From contig JBAYHK010000001.1 in assembly GCA_041666145.1 (NCBI GenBank), positions 3,810-67,809 of the forward strand: a DNA stretch of 64,000 bases, given 5' to 3'. A program made the position numbers and the translations under genes. Of the stretch, positions 1 to 10,842 are shown piece by piece. Positions within the stretch are counted from its first letter, which is position 1; each line of letters opens with the position of its first letter. The notes beneath the pieces are model-generated. The model was not told where the DNA came from. It saw only the letters and a list, made by a program, of their open reading frames with translations, and searched no databases. This stretch comes from Patescibacteria group bacterium (GTDB lineage: Bacteria; Patescibacteriota; Patescibacteriia; UBA9934).

Positions 1-104
1 TTCTACAGAAAAGATTTTTATGTTTGGCATAGTATTCAGCGTCTTTTGCTTCTTGCATCATAAGAGACCTTGAAGAAACAATCCACACTGACCAAACAGC
101 GTCA

Positions 105-518
105 ATGACGTACAATATACGCAATATGTTCGCAAAAAAACATTCAGTAATGAAAGAAGAAGAATCTTTTAATTTTGCGCGTCCAGAAGGGCAGCTTGCA
201 GTTGACGTCATAGAAACTCCAGACAAAGTAATCATTCGATCTGCGATTGCTGGAGTTTTTGAAGACGATCTTCATATCACCATAAACGAAGACATGGTAA
301 CAATCCGCGGAGAGCGCACAATCGCGACGCTCCCAATGAACGCGACCGTTCATTATGAGGAATGTTTTTGGGGCGCATTTTCACGGTCGATCATCCTCCC
401 CTGCCGAATTACGCCAGACGATGCAGACGCGAGCCTTCAGAACGGAATTCTCACGATCACTCTGAATAAAGCTCGTGGAGATATTCGCGTTCCAGTAAGA
501 AAAGATTTGTCATTATGA
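105..518 (+). CDS. Hsp20/alpha-crystallin family small heat-shock protein
   Basis: 137 aa; alpha-crystallin domain signature with C-terminal GILTITLNKA strand; 4-nt overlap (ATGA) with the next gene. Confidence 0.7.
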   Translation: MTYNIRNMFAKKHSVMKEEESFNFARPEGQLAVDVIETPDKVIIRSAIAGVFEDDLHITINEDMVTIRGERTIATLPMNATVHYEECFWGAFSRSIILPCRITPDDADASLQNGILTITLNKARGDIRVPVRKDLSL

Positions 519-2395
519 AAAAACTTCACGCCGGAGCCATCATTGCGCTCGCGGTTCTTCTTGTAAGCGTGCTTATTGCTCTTGTTCTCATGGTCCATGC
601 ATATTTTTCTTATGCAAATCGGGTAGTTCCAAACGTTTCTATTGCAGGGATCTCCCTCTCTGGAATGGACAACCTTGCTGCCGCAAGCACACTGCAACGT
701 GTATACGACAAAATGATCACTAAAGGAGTTACCATCACCGTTAACGAACAAGTACAAACAATCCCACTTTTCCAAACAAGCAGTCAGAGCGATGTTGCAT
801 ACAATCTTCTTGAATGGGACCCATCAGCAGCTGCGGAAGAAGCACTAAGCATCGGACATCATAAAAATATCGTCATCGACAGTCTTTTCATTTTGTACTA
901 CGAACTTTTTGGATCAAAGAAATTTTCAGCAAGCGTCATTGTGAATGAAGAACGACTCCAAGAAGCAATCCTTGCCGCATTCCCAAACGAACAAATCCCC
1001 GCATCTGCAACGGATTTCTCAGTATCAATCTCCCGAAATAAGGGGGTTATCGTCTCTATAGAACCTGGAATACAAGGACAGACACTAAATATCGATGCAG
1101 CTATAGACTCGATAAAAAAGGATGCGCGAGATCTTGTTATTGGCTCGCTTCCTATTTCAACTGTTGCAACAGAACCTAACATAACCACCTCAGATGCAGA
1201 AACGCTCATCACTGCCGCAAAAGAAGCCATTGTTGCTGCGCCGTATTCAATTTCTGGGACGAATACGAATGGAGAAACAGAAACGTGGTCGATGAGTCAG
1301 AAAACAATTGCCGACTGGATTATTCCAACCTACTCAACCACGAACGGCGCAACGCTTGGACTAGAAGCAGAAAAGATGGTCGACTTTTTCTCCAACCTCC
1401 ACAGCAGCATCGACGTCTCTGCACAAAATGCACGATTCACCATCGACGGCGAAAGAGTGACGGAATTTCAAGAAAGCACTTCTGGAAATGTTGTCGACGA
1501 TGAAGCACTTTTTCTTGCGCTCATCACAATGCTTGGCACAGATACGTCGACGACTCCGCTCGTCGTTCCAACACGAATCGAAGAACCGAGTGTAACCACG
1601 CAAAACGTCAATTCTCTTGGCATCACAGAAATCGTCGGCGAAGCAACAACGTCATATCCAACCGCTTCAGCAAATCGTAGAGAGAACATCAAACATGGAG
1701 CAGAAAAAATCAATGGACTGCTCATAGCGCCAGGAGAAACAGTTTCTCTTCTTGCTTCACTTCGACCATTTACTGCTGCAGATGGCTATGTTACCGAGCT
1801 CGTCATTAAAGGCGATGAAATTAAACCGGAAGTTGGTGGCGGACTTTGTCAGCTTGGTACCACAGCATTTCGTGCCGTTATGCATGCTGGGCTCGAAGTC
1901 ACCGATCGTCGCAATCATTCGCTCGCAATTTCTTATTACAACGACGCAATAAATGGTAATCCAGGAACTGACGCCACGCTTTATGATCCCGCACCAGACT
2001 TCAAATTCAAAAATGACATGCCAACGTATCTCCTTCTTGTTACAAATGCAGATAGTGAAAAAGGCGAAGTAACCTTTACATTCTGGGGAACAAAAGATGG
2101 TAGACAGGGCTCATACGAACCTCCAACAGTTCTTACTCGTACATCACCTGGTCCAAAAGAATACAAAGAAAGTACAACACTCGCTCCAGGAAAAGAAGAG
2201 TGCCAGCACGCATTTCCAGGCTATACCACCACATTCAACTACAACGTTTCCTACGCTGACGGCTCCCTAAAAACCACCGAATTCTTTTCAAGTTACCGCG
2301 CCCTCCCAGAAATCTGTCTGGTTGGAAAGGCCGCAGAAATCGTCACCACAACCACAGACTCCGATATCGGATCAGACCCAATCACAACCGAATAA
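515..2395 (+). CDS. VanW-family protein with N-terminal transmembrane helix
   Basis: 626 aa; N-terminal TM segment; C-terminal VanW motif GGGLCQLGTTAFRAVMHAGLEV. Confidence 0.65.
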   Translation: MKKLHAGAIIALAVLLVSVLIALVLMVHAYFSYANRVVPNVSIAGISLSGMDNLAAASTLQRVYDKMITKGVTITVNEQVQTIPLFQTSSQSDVAYNLLEWDPSAAAEEALSIGHHKNIVIDSLFILYYELFGSKKFSASVIVNEERLQEAILAAFPNEQIPASATDFSVSISRNKGVIVSIEPGIQGQTLNIDAAIDSIKKDARDLVIGSLPISTVATEPNITTSDAETLITAAKEAIVAAPYSISGTNTNGETETWSMSQKTIADWIIPTYSTTNGATLGLEAEKMVDFFSNLHSSIDVSAQNARFTIDGERVTEFQESTSGNVVDDEALFLALITMLGTDTSTTPLVVPTRIEEPSVTTQNVNSLGITEIVGEATTSYPTASANRRENIKHGAEKINGLLIAPGETVSLLASLRPFTAADGYVTELVIKGDEIKPEVGGGLCQLGTTAFRAVMHAGLEVTDRRNHSLAISYYNDAINGNPGTDATLYDPAPDFKFKNDMPTYLLLVTNADSEKGEVTFTFWGTKDGRQGSYEPPTVLTRTSPGPKEYKESTTLAPGKEECQHAFPGYTTTFNYNVSYADGSLKTTEFFSSYRALPEICLVGKAAEIVTTTTDSDIGSDPITTE

Positions 2396-2407
2396 GATAA
2401 GACAAGT

Positions 2408-2640
2408 AAAATCCGTAGTTTTAGACTAGTTTCGGCGAAGGTCGAGGAAAGCTTCCGAAACGTACCCAAATGTACGTTGAGGAAGTTTCCGATGACCTGA
2501 ACCGAAAATAGGCAAAACTACGGATTTTAAAAAGCTCCCAGACTCTAGGCTGCGGTCAAGAAGATACATACACGGTAACTGCCCAGCCGAAGCCAGGAAG
2601 CACAGAAAGTTATGTATCCCCATGCTTGTCGTGACCGCAG
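2408..2640. ncRNA. Candidate structured ncRNA of unknown class (two stem-closed domains)
   Basis: 278-bp non-coding gap between convergent vanW and clpP; 15-bp perfect inverted repeat aaaatccgtagtttt (2408-2422) / aaaactacggatttt (2514-2528); second domain closed by ctgcggtca (2550-2558) / tgaccgcag (2632-2640); motifs gaggaaagcttcc and ggaagcacagaaag loosely recall RNase P P4 and SRP helix 8 but neither fits; strand undetermined. Confidence 0.3.
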
Positions 2641-2673
2641 TCTAAAAGCGAGGAGCAGGGCCCTTTTTACCCT

Positions 2674-3267
2674 TTAATTAATGACTTTGTCAATGAGCCC
2701 GTACTTCTGCGCCTCCTTAGCGGTCATAAAATTGTCACGTTCTGTATCGACTCCCACGTTCTTTATTGGCTTACCAGTGTGTTTTGCTAGGATTTCATTC
2801 AAGTTTTCACGAACGGCAAGGATTCTTTCTGCATGAATCTTAATATCTGACGCCTGCCCCTTCACACCTCCAAGAACCTGATGAATCATAATCTCTGCAT
2901 TTGGCAGGGCAAAGCGCTTCCCAGCAGCTCCAGCGGCCAACAATACGGCCCCCATCGACGCCGCCATCCCAATACATACCGTCGACACCTTTGGCTGAAT
3001 GTATTGCATGGTGTCATAAATCGCCAAACCAGCTGTCACCGACCCTCCTGGAGAATTGATGTAAAGCGTAATGTCTTTTTCTTTATCTTGGCTTTCCAAA
3101 AAAAGAAGCTGAGCAATAACCGCATTTGCTACCCCGTCATCGATCTCGGTCCCAAGAAACACGATTCGATCCTTTAAAAGTCGGGAATAAATGTCATATG
3201 CCCGCTCACCATTCGCCGTTTTTTCAATCACTGATGGAATAAGGTAGTTGGATTGGATGTCAGACAT
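2674..3267 (-). CDS. clpP: ATP-dependent Clp protease proteolytic subunit ClpP
   Basis: 197 aa; full-length match to the ClpP pattern ([22 protein letters not shown], Ser-His-Asp context [14 protein letters not shown]). Confidence 0.9.
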   Translation of the reverse strand: MSDIQSNYLIPSVIEKTANGERAYDIYSRLLKDRIVFLGTEIDDGVANAVIAQLLFLESQDKEKDITLYINSPGGSVTAGLAIYDTMQYIQPKVSTVCIGMAASMGAVLLAAGAAGKRFALPNAEIMIHQVLGGVKGQASDIKIHAERILAVRENLNEILAKHTGKPIKNVGVDTERDNFMTAKEAQKYGLIDKVIN

Positions 3268-3310
3268 AGTGGAAGAAGAGTAGCAATTTAGCAGTCTCTT
3301 GTGAAGAGTG

Positions 3311-3958
3311 CTAAAGCGTGATGATTTTTGTAGGTTTTAAGGCCTCAACAAATGTCTCTGAGTGCGTCACCACAACAAATCCCGTACCAGATAATCGAAG
3401 CTGTTCAATCGCTCGAAGAATAATCGACTGTGTTGGAACATCAACTCCAGAATCGATCTCATCAAGAAGCGCAATCTTCGGCCGTACCACCAACATTTGA
3501 AACGCCTCCGCTCGCTTCTTCTCTCCCCCGCTCATTTCCGAGTTCAATGCCTTTTGCACAAAACCCTCTGGCAAACATAGAGCCTCCGCTGCTTCTCGAA
3601 TTCGACGCTGCGCTTCTGGAACATCGGTAACTCCACACATTGCCTCAAGTGCTGCTCGAGCCATGAATGAAAGAGACAATCCATCAATCGCTGGAGGCTC
3701 TTGATGCGCAAGAAAAATTCCGGAGCGAGCAAGCTCATGGGTCTTATAGGACCTATAGGACTTATGATCAAATAAAATCTCACCGGAAAGAACGTCGACT
3801 CCTTCCAGGCCCATTATTGCAGCGAGCAAAGAACTCTTTCCCGCCCCATTCTTTCCTTGAATCACTACGCACGCTCCAGCATCAACAGAAAAAGAAAGAT
3901 CTGAAAGAATTCGATGTTCATTTCGAGCAATTGAAAGTTGTTGAATCTCAAGCTTCAT
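3311..3958 (-). CDS. sufC: Fe-S cluster assembly ATPase SufC
   Basis: 215 aa; Walker [13 protein letters not shown] signature LSGGEKKR, Walker B LLDEIDSG; carries the in-frame 9-bp tandem repeat insert (YRSYKTHE). Confidence 0.85.
   Translation of the reverse strand: MKLEIQQLSIARNEHRILSDLSFSVDAGACVVIQGKNGAGKSSLLAAIMGLEGVDVLSGEILFDHKSYRSYKTHELARSGIFLAHQEPPAIDGLSLSFMARAALEAMCGVTDVPEAQRRIREAAEALCLPEGFVQKALNSEMSGGEKKRAEAFQMLVVRPKIALLDEIDSGVDVPTQSIILRAIEQLRLSGTGFVVVTHSETFVEALKPTKIITL
3742..3767. repeat. 9-bp symmetric tandem repeat (ATAGGACCT-type), copy A1, in frame within sufC
   Basis: cttataggacctataggacttatga read directly from the sequence. Confidence 0.8.
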
Positions 3959-4307
3959 AAGACTTCAGTGCATTCTGCAGGGCAACAAGCGCAGTCGTCA
4001 AACAACGCTCACGAAGCGGAGAGATTGGAACGGAAAGAAGCTCTCGAATGTGATTGCCGCTCATAGGTCCTATAAGACCTATAGGACCTATGACTGAACC
4101 TGCCAGAACCGCAGCGGCTGCACGACTAATCACACAACCAGTTGCTTCGTACTGCATAACCTCAATCTTGCCACCAACAATCTTCAACCACACCTTACAA
4201 AAATCACCGCATGAAGCATTTGTTGCTTCACCGACTGCATTCGCACAGTCAAGCGCACCAACGTGAGTTGTGCTTTTTGCGAGTGCAATGAGATCTGTGT
4301 AATCCAT
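3948..4307 (-). CDS. sufU: SufU/IscU-type Fe-S scaffold protein
   Basis: 119 aa; NifU-N-like motifs NASCGD and TGCVISRAAA; contains in-frame repeat-encoded GPIGLIGPM. Confidence 0.75.
   Translation of the reverse strand: MDYTDLIALAKSTTHVGALDCANAVGEATNASCGDFCKVWLKIVGGKIEVMQYEATGCVISRAAAAVLAGSVIGPIGLIGPMSGNHIRELLSVPISPLRERCLTTALVALQNALKSYEA
4063..4092. repeat. 9-bp symmetric tandem repeat, copy A2, in frame within sufU
   Basis: cataggtcctataagacctataggacctatg. Confidence 0.8.
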
Positions 4308-4335
4308 AGGACGTATACGTCGAATAAGACCTATT
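4305..4335. repeat. Degenerate copy of the 9-bp repeat (A3) at the sufS-stop/sufU-start junction
   Basis: ccataggacgtatacgtcgaataagacctat. Confidence 0.55.
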
Positions 4336-5551
4336 TTAGAAGCTCAAGAACTTCTAAAAGCGCAGAGAGAAACTTCTGTATTTCTTCTTCGGTAGAATAC
4401 GCCGCCAAACTCACTCGAATTGTTCCACCTTCTAGCGCAATCCTTTCAATCAATGGTTGAGCACAGTGATTTCCGGCACGAACACAAATACCGCGCTGAC
4501 CAAGAAGATCAGCAACGTCATGAGGATGAACGCCTTCGACGATGAAAGAAACAATGGCAATGGCATCGGCGGGATCGAAGACGGTGACACCAGGAATCGT
4601 TCGGAGACTGGTGACGAGAGACTGACGCAAGGAAGCTACCCCCTCCGACTCCGTTCCGCCACACATCTTTACCGCTTCAGCAAAACCAATTGCGCCTTCT
4701 ACATTCGGCGATCCACCTTCAAATCGAGCAGGAATCTCTCGCCAAGTTTCACGATCGATAGAAATGGAATCAACCATACCGCCGCCAACAATCATCGGTT
4801 CCATGATTGATGCGAGTCGATTCGATAATGCCATCGCTGCAATCCCAGAAGGTCCATAACACTTATGCGAACCAAACACGATTGCATCGGCGCCAAGTTC
4901 CTTCATCGAGATCGGAATGTGCGGTGCGGCTTGTGCGGCATCGACGATCACGAACGGAAAGGAAAGCTTGTCTACCCCCTCCGACTCCCCCTTGTTAAGG
5001 GGGAGAGTTCGCTGCGCTGCGTCGACAAGTGCTTTTACGGGGACGACAGTTCCAAGAACATTCGAAACAAGAGTCGTTGCAATAATCTTGGTTCGATGAT
5101 TCATCATCGAAATCGTTCCTTCGATATCGAGCATGAAGTCACTGCTCATCGGCATGGTTCGAAGAATCGCACCACGTTCTCGTGCAATGCGTCGCCATGG
5201 CAACAAATTCGCATGATGCTCAAAAGGACTCACCAGAATTTCGTCACCGGGATTGAGGATCGACTGAACGCCAAAAGCAATCGCATTAAGACCCTCCGTG
5301 ACGCTCTTCGTAAAAATCGTGGTTCTCAAATCTGCTTCAATAAATTCGGCAACAGTCTTTCGCGAGTTTTCGTACGCCACCATCGACACTTCAGCTAACG
5401 GATACAGTCCACGACCAATATTCGAACGTCCAGACCGAAGATATGCCGCCATTGCTTCAATCGACGCAGAACAAATCTGCGTGGTTGAAGCGTTGTCGAG
5501 ATAGGCAACGTCAGCATTAAGCGCAGGAAATTGCGAGCGAATATCATTCAT
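4331..5551 (-). CDS. sufS: Cysteine desulfurase SufS (class V aminotransferase)
   Basis: 406 aa; class V aminotransferase fold and PLP-lysine region SHKCYGPSG; start ATG at 5551 (MNDIRSQFP); contains in-frame GC-hairpin insert encoding LPLNKGESEGV. Confidence 0.85.
   Translation of the reverse strand: MNDIRSQFPALNADVAYLDNASTTQICSASIEAMAAYLRSGRSNIGRGLYPLAEVSMVAYENSRKTVAEFIEADLRTTIFTKSVTEGLNAIAFGVQSILNPGDEILVSPFEHHANLLPWRRIARERGAILRTMPMSSDFMLDIEGTISMMNHRTKIIATTLVSNVLGTVVPVKALVDAAQRTLPLNKGESEGVDKLSFPFVIVDAAQAAPHIPISMKELGADAIVFGSHKCYGPSGIAAMALSNRLASIMEPMIVGGGMVDSISIDRETWREIPARFEGGSPNVEGAIGFAEAVKMCGGTESEGVASLRQSLVTSLRTIPGVTVFDPADAIAIVSFIVEGVHPHDVADLLGQRGICVRAGNHCAQPLIERIALEGGTIRVSLAAYSTEEEIQKFLSALLEVLELLK
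4973..5010. repeat. GC-rich palindromic element family B1 (CTCCCCCTTGTTAAGGGGGAG core), in frame in sufS
   Basis: taccccctccgactcccccttgttaagggggagagttc; 7-bp perfect hairpin stem. Confidence 0.85.
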
Positions 5552-6233
5552 AGGTCCTATAGGTCTTATAGGTCTTATAGGACCTATGCGCTACAAGCCC
5601 CCAAATTGGACACAAGAATTGGTCAGCAACCATGCGTCGAGCGATCATGCTGTCAATGCCACGACACGCAAAATACGCAATGATTGCCTTAGAGGGCCGA
5701 GCAACCGCGACTCGATGTTTTGCACGAATAGCATTTGACGCAATATGGAGTTCAGGAATAACACGAATTCGTGACTTGTCTCCAAGAAGCATTCCTCGCA
5801 CTGATGTTTCAACAACACCATCAGCTACCAATGAATCAACAACAACACGCTGACGAATAATCGCATTCGATCGATCTTGCGTAACACATCGGTCGTCAAT
5901 GATGCACGTTGCGCCATCGGCAGAAATATGAACATCGTCATCACATCGAAACGTGACGTTCGGTGCAACTGTACAAGCAGTGAAAAGTTCAACTCGAGCA
6001 CCTGAACCAACAATCTCAACATTTCGAACTATCGAAATATCCGAAATGACTTCGCCAACAAGAACCATCGAGAGTATTGCTCCGGCCTCGACGCGGGCAG
6101 AGATTGAAACGCTTTGCGATATATCGACTTCCACTTTTCGTGAAGACCGTGCTGGAACGCTAATCACAATATCTGCCCCTGAACGAAGCGCTACCTCAGA
6201 CAACGGCTTTTCACGTTCATCAATCATATTCAA
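5544..6233 (-). CDS. sufD: Fe-S cluster assembly protein SufD (short form)
   Basis: 229 aa; beta-helix-like repetitive sequence; positioned between sufB and sufS; C-terminal tail YKTYKTYRTYE is encoded by repeat copy A4. Confidence 0.55.
   Translation of the reverse strand: MNMIDEREKPLSEVALRSGADIVISVPARSSRKVEVDISQSVSISARVEAGAILSMVLVGEVISDISIVRNVEIVGSGARVELFTACTVAPNVTFRCDDDVHISADGATCIIDDRCVTQDRSNAIIRQRVVVDSLVADGVVETSVRGMLLGDKSRIRVIPELHIASNAIRAKHRVAVARPSKAIIAYFACRGIDSMIARRMVADQFLCPIWGLVAHRSYKTYKTYRTYE
5550..5589. repeat. 9-bp symmetric tandem repeat, copy A4 (four to five units) forming the sufD C-terminus, immediately upstream of the sufS start
   Basis: ataggtcctataggtcttataggtcttataggacctatg. 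Confidence 0.85.
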
Positions 6234-7624
6234 GCAACAGCGCCAGTCATCTCAAGCGACACAAGTTCGAGAAACTCGACCGCATACTCAAACGGAAGCT
6301 CGCGAACAATTGGATCAAGAAATCCATTAATCACAGCACGACGTGCAGCGTCAGCATCAAGCCCCCTAGTCGATAGATACGCCAACTGCGCGTCATCAAC
6401 ACGACCGATAGTTGCCTCATGCGTTACGGTCATATCTGGTGCAGCATCGTCAATGATAGGAATCGTCACCGCACAAGACTCGGTGTCCATCATGAGCGTG
6501 TCACACACAACAGAAACGCTCGAATCTTTCGCTGCTGCTGTCGCCTTCACCAATCCTCGGTACGTGCTCACTCCCCCACCAACCGCAATACTCTTCGCCC
6601 TTATATTCGCCGACGTATTCGGCGCAACAAGCGCGACCTTATGCCCTGTGTCTTGTTTCTGCCCTGGCCCAGCAAACGCAACACCAAGATAATCGCTCTT
6701 CGAATCCTCTCCTCGAAGCACGCTCATCGGATAAAGCATTGTTACCCCGCTCCCCATATTCCCATTCACCCATGAAATTGATGCTCCTTCATCGACCAAA
6801 GCTCGCTTCGTATTAAGATTAAACGTATTCTTACTCCAATTTTCAATGCTCATGTATTTCACAGTTGCACCTTTCTTCACGTAAATCTCGACACATCCAG
6901 CATGAAGCGCTGCACTGTCATACTTTGGTGCCGAACAACCTTCAATATATTCAACAACACTTCCTTCATCGGCGATAATGAGTGTGTGTTCGAATTGTCC
7001 TCCACGTTCTGCATTCATTCGAAAATACGCCTGAAGCGGAATCGTCACCTTCACATTCTTCGGAACATAAATGAACGTTCCTCCGCTCCAAACTGCCGCA
7101 TGAAGCGCAGAAAAATAATGATCACAAACCGGCACGCAGCTTGTCATGAAATGCGCTCGAACCAGTTCTGGATATTCGCGAACTGCAACATCCATATTAA
7201 GAAAAATCACTCCCTGGTCCGCAAGATCGCGCTGAAGATTGTGATAAACAATCTCCGAATCATACTGCGCGCCAACACCAGCGAGTCCTGCGCGTTCAGC
7301 TTCTGGAATACCAAGCTTCTCGAATGTCTCTCGAATATCCGTTGGCACGTCATCCCATGTTCGATGCTCTACCGAATTCGGCTGAACAAAAAACGAAATC
7401 GAAGAGAGCTCAAGCGTGTCGAGCGACGGACCGAAACTTGGTCGCAGATGCGATGAAACAAAATCAAATCCTTCAAGACGCTTTTCTGTTACCCATTCTG
7501 GCTCTCCTTTCTTTTTCGCAATCGCAAAAATAGCTTTACGAGTAAAACCACTCGGCAAAACAAATCTCGGCGTATGTTTTCCAGGTGCATCAAGATGCGC
7601 ACGAAGGGCGTCCATAGGCCCCAA
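6230..7624 (-). CDS. sufB: Fe-S cluster assembly protein SufB
   Basis: 464 aa; strong SufB similarity across the C-terminal beta-helix (e.g. GASISWVNGNMGSG, VTHEATIGRVDDAQLAYL). Confidence 0.85.
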   Translation of the reverse strand: MGPMDALRAHLDAPGKHTPRFVLPSGFTRKAIFAIAKKKGEPEWVTEKRLEGFDFVSSHLRPSFGPSLDTLELSSISFFVQPNSVEHRTWDDVPTDIRETFEKLGIPEAERAGLAGVGAQYDSEIVYHNLQRDLADQGVIFLNMDVAVREYPELVRAHFMTSCVPVCDHYFSALHAAVWSGGTFIYVPKNVKVTIPLQAYFRMNAERGGQFEHTLIIADEGSVVEYIEGCSAPKYDSAALHAGCVEIYVKKGATVKYMSIENWSKNTFNLNTKRALVDEGASISWVNGNMGSGVTMLYPMSVLRGEDSKSDYLGVAFAGPGQKQDTGHKVALVAPNTSANIRAKSIAVGGGVSTYRGLVKATAAAKDSSVSVVCDTLMMDTESCAVTIPIIDDAAPDMTVTHEATIGRVDDAQLAYLSTRGLDADAARRAVINGFLDPIVRELPFEYAVEFLELVSLEMTGAVA

Positions 7625-7807
7625 TCCTAGTCTGAAAATCGAACAAAAACAACGGAAACAAAAAATCGACTACGCTGCGAAAATGAGGATTATTGTTCCA
7701 AAAAATAAAAAAAGAATTGCCAAAATAAGCCCAACTTCAAGCACGGTAACAAATGGAACCTTTTTTGATCGTGCTGATCGACGAACGGTCATATTATGCA
7801 AAGTATA

Positions 7808-8452
7808 TCATCCGTGCCAAAACGTTCTTCGGTGAATCGGCGACAGCCCAATGCGACGAATCGCTTGAACGTGAGCTTTTGTGCCATACCCTTTGTGCGA
7901 CGAAAAATTGTAGCCAGGAATCGTATCATCGAACGCTTCCATGAGCAGATCTCGATATTCTTTTGCCACAATCGATGCGGCAGCAATAGAGAATATCTTC
8001 GCATCACCATCGACGACGGTTTCTTGAGGCGTATCGAGATTTGGAATTCGCTGATTTCCATCAACAAAAACTACCCCCTCCGACTCCCCCTTGTTAAGGG
8101 GGAGAGATCTCACTGCAGCACTCATCGCCCGTAAAGTCGCTTGAAGAATATTAATCTCGTCGATCACCACAGCATCGACCTCAGCAATTCCAACAGCCAA
8201 TGCAACGTCCCGAATCGCTTTCGATGTTTCTTGACGCTGTTTTCGACTAAGCGTTTTGCTGTCACGAATTGGAAATCGCAGTGCAAGATTATAAATCGGC
8301 TCTGGATTGCTCCAGTCAAAAAGCACGGCCCCAGCAACAACTGGCCCAGCCAAACATCCTCGACCAACCTCGTCAACGCCAATTGGATGGCACAAACCAA
8401 CGCCCCATCGACGCAATTCCTCTTTACAATCAAGTGATCCGCGCTTTGTCAT
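7808..8452 (-). CDS. rnhB: Ribonuclease HII
   Basis: 214 aa; catalytic motif GVDEVGRGCLAGPVV; carries in-frame GC-hairpin insert encoding SLPLNKGESEGV. Confidence 0.8.
   Translation of the reverse strand: MTKRGSLDCKEELRRWGVGLCHPIGVDEVGRGCLAGPVVAGAVLFDWSNPEPIYNLALRFPIRDSKTLSRKQRQETSKAIRDVALAVGIAEVDAVVIDEINILQATLRAMSAAVRSLPLNKGESEGVVFVDGNQRIPNLDTPQETVVDGDAKIFSIAAASIVAKEYRDLLMEAFDDTIPGYNFSSHKGYGTKAHVQAIRRIGLSPIHRRTFWHG
8072..8106. repeat. GC-rich palindromic element family B1, in frame in rnhB
   Basis: taccccctccgactcccccttgttaagggggagagatc; near-identical to the sufS copy. Confidence 0.85.
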
Positions 8453-8549
8453 AACAGAATCGATTCACGATCAGGAGCAGTATACGTTGGAGATTCCGCT
8501 TTACACCAACGCAAAAATTCGGTATCCTCTCAACGTTCTAAAAGACCGT

Positions 8550-8622
8550 CGGGCCGTAGCGCAGTTGGTAGCGCGCCTGGTTTGGGACCAGGAGGTCGCA
8601 GGTTCGAACCCTGTCGGCCCGA
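8550..8622 (+). tRNA. tRNA-Pro (anticodon TGG)
   Basis: Cloverleaf: acceptor cgggccg/cggcccg, anticodon loop ctTGGga, T-loop ggttcgaac; CCA encoded 8623-8625. Confidence 0.85.
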
Positions 8623-8627
8623 CCAAA

Positions 8628-8660
8628 AACGAATCGCAATGCGGTTCGTTTTTGCATCCC
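8628..8660 (+). terminator. Intrinsic terminator after tRNA-Pro
   Basis: aaacgaatcgcaatgcggttcgttttt hairpin plus T-run. Confidence 0.5.
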
Positions 8661-8723
8661 AAACAAGAAGAAAAATCACGAATTATAATTCGTTGATCTG
8701 GCATAATTCATTACAAGTATTGC

Positions 8724-8753
8724 TTGACGCACAACGACATGATGTCATACAAT
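8724..8753 (+). promoter_or_regulatory. Sigma70-like promoter for the tRNA-Ile/tRNA-Phe pair
   Basis: TTGACG, ~18-nt spacer, TACAAT; ~25 nt upstream of tRNA-Ile. Confidence 0.45.
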
Positions 8754-8777
8754 ACCCCCGCTTTCACAAACTATTTC

Positions 8778-8851
<74 letters not shown>

Positions 8852-8855
8852 CCAG

Positions 8856-8927
8856 GCCGAGGTAGCTCAGTGGTAGAGCAGAGGTCTGAAGAACCTCGTG
8901 TCGACAGTTCGATTCTGTCTCTCGGCA
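8856..8927 (+). tRNA. tRNA-Phe (anticodon GAA)
   Basis: D-arm gctcagtggtagagc, anticodon stem gaggt/acctc with loop ctGAAga, T-arm gacagttcgattctgtc; CCA at 8928-8930. Confidence 0.8.
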
Positions 8928-8931
8928 CCAC

Positions 8932-8959
8932 AAAAAATCCGTCACATGACGGATTTTTT
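8932..8959. terminator. Bidirectional intrinsic terminator shared by the tRNA cluster (+) and 16S rRNA (-)
   Basis: aaaaaatccgtcacatgacggatttttt; perfect hairpin flanked by A-run and T-run. Confidence 0.65.
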
Positions 8960-9101
8960 GTTTTATTTCTGACTCGTCAACAAAAAAAGCGCCATTGCGG
9001 CGTTCTTTTTTTTATTTCCAGCGCATCAGTAATACACAACTATGTGATTACAACGTCCTACAGTTCTTGCGAACTGCATCGACCGATCAAAGTGTTACCT
9101 T

Positions 9102-10600
<1,499 letters not shown>

Positions 10601-10780
10601 ATAGTTCCCTCGTTGCTCTTGCGAGCTATGAGGGACTCTGTTTAGTGATCGTTCTTGCGAACGATATCGGTGGACGTTGTAATCACGCAATTGTTCATTA
10701 CGTGATGGGCTGGTTGTTGTTCTTCAGTTGTGAAGATACGACGTCCGCCAGGGCGAAAACCCTCAACGAATGTGGCGGTA

Positions 10781-10808
10781 GAGTAATTGAATGGAAAAAA
10801 GCTGTCAA
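10781..10808 (-). promoter_or_regulatory. Candidate 16S rRNA promoter
   Basis: On the minus strand: TTGACA, 17-nt spacer, TACTCT; ~180 nt upstream of the 16S 5-prime end. Confidence 0.35.
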
Positions 10809-10842
10809 GCATTACTCGGCCTGAAAAATGTGGATGAATCGA

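Noticed and set aside
2397-2673. Assigning the vanW-clpP intergenic structure to RNase P RNA or SRP RNA
   Set aside because: Motif order and P4 pairing do not fit RNase P, and there is no convincing SRP helix-8 GNRA/symmetric loop. It is kept only as an unclassified candidate ncRNA.
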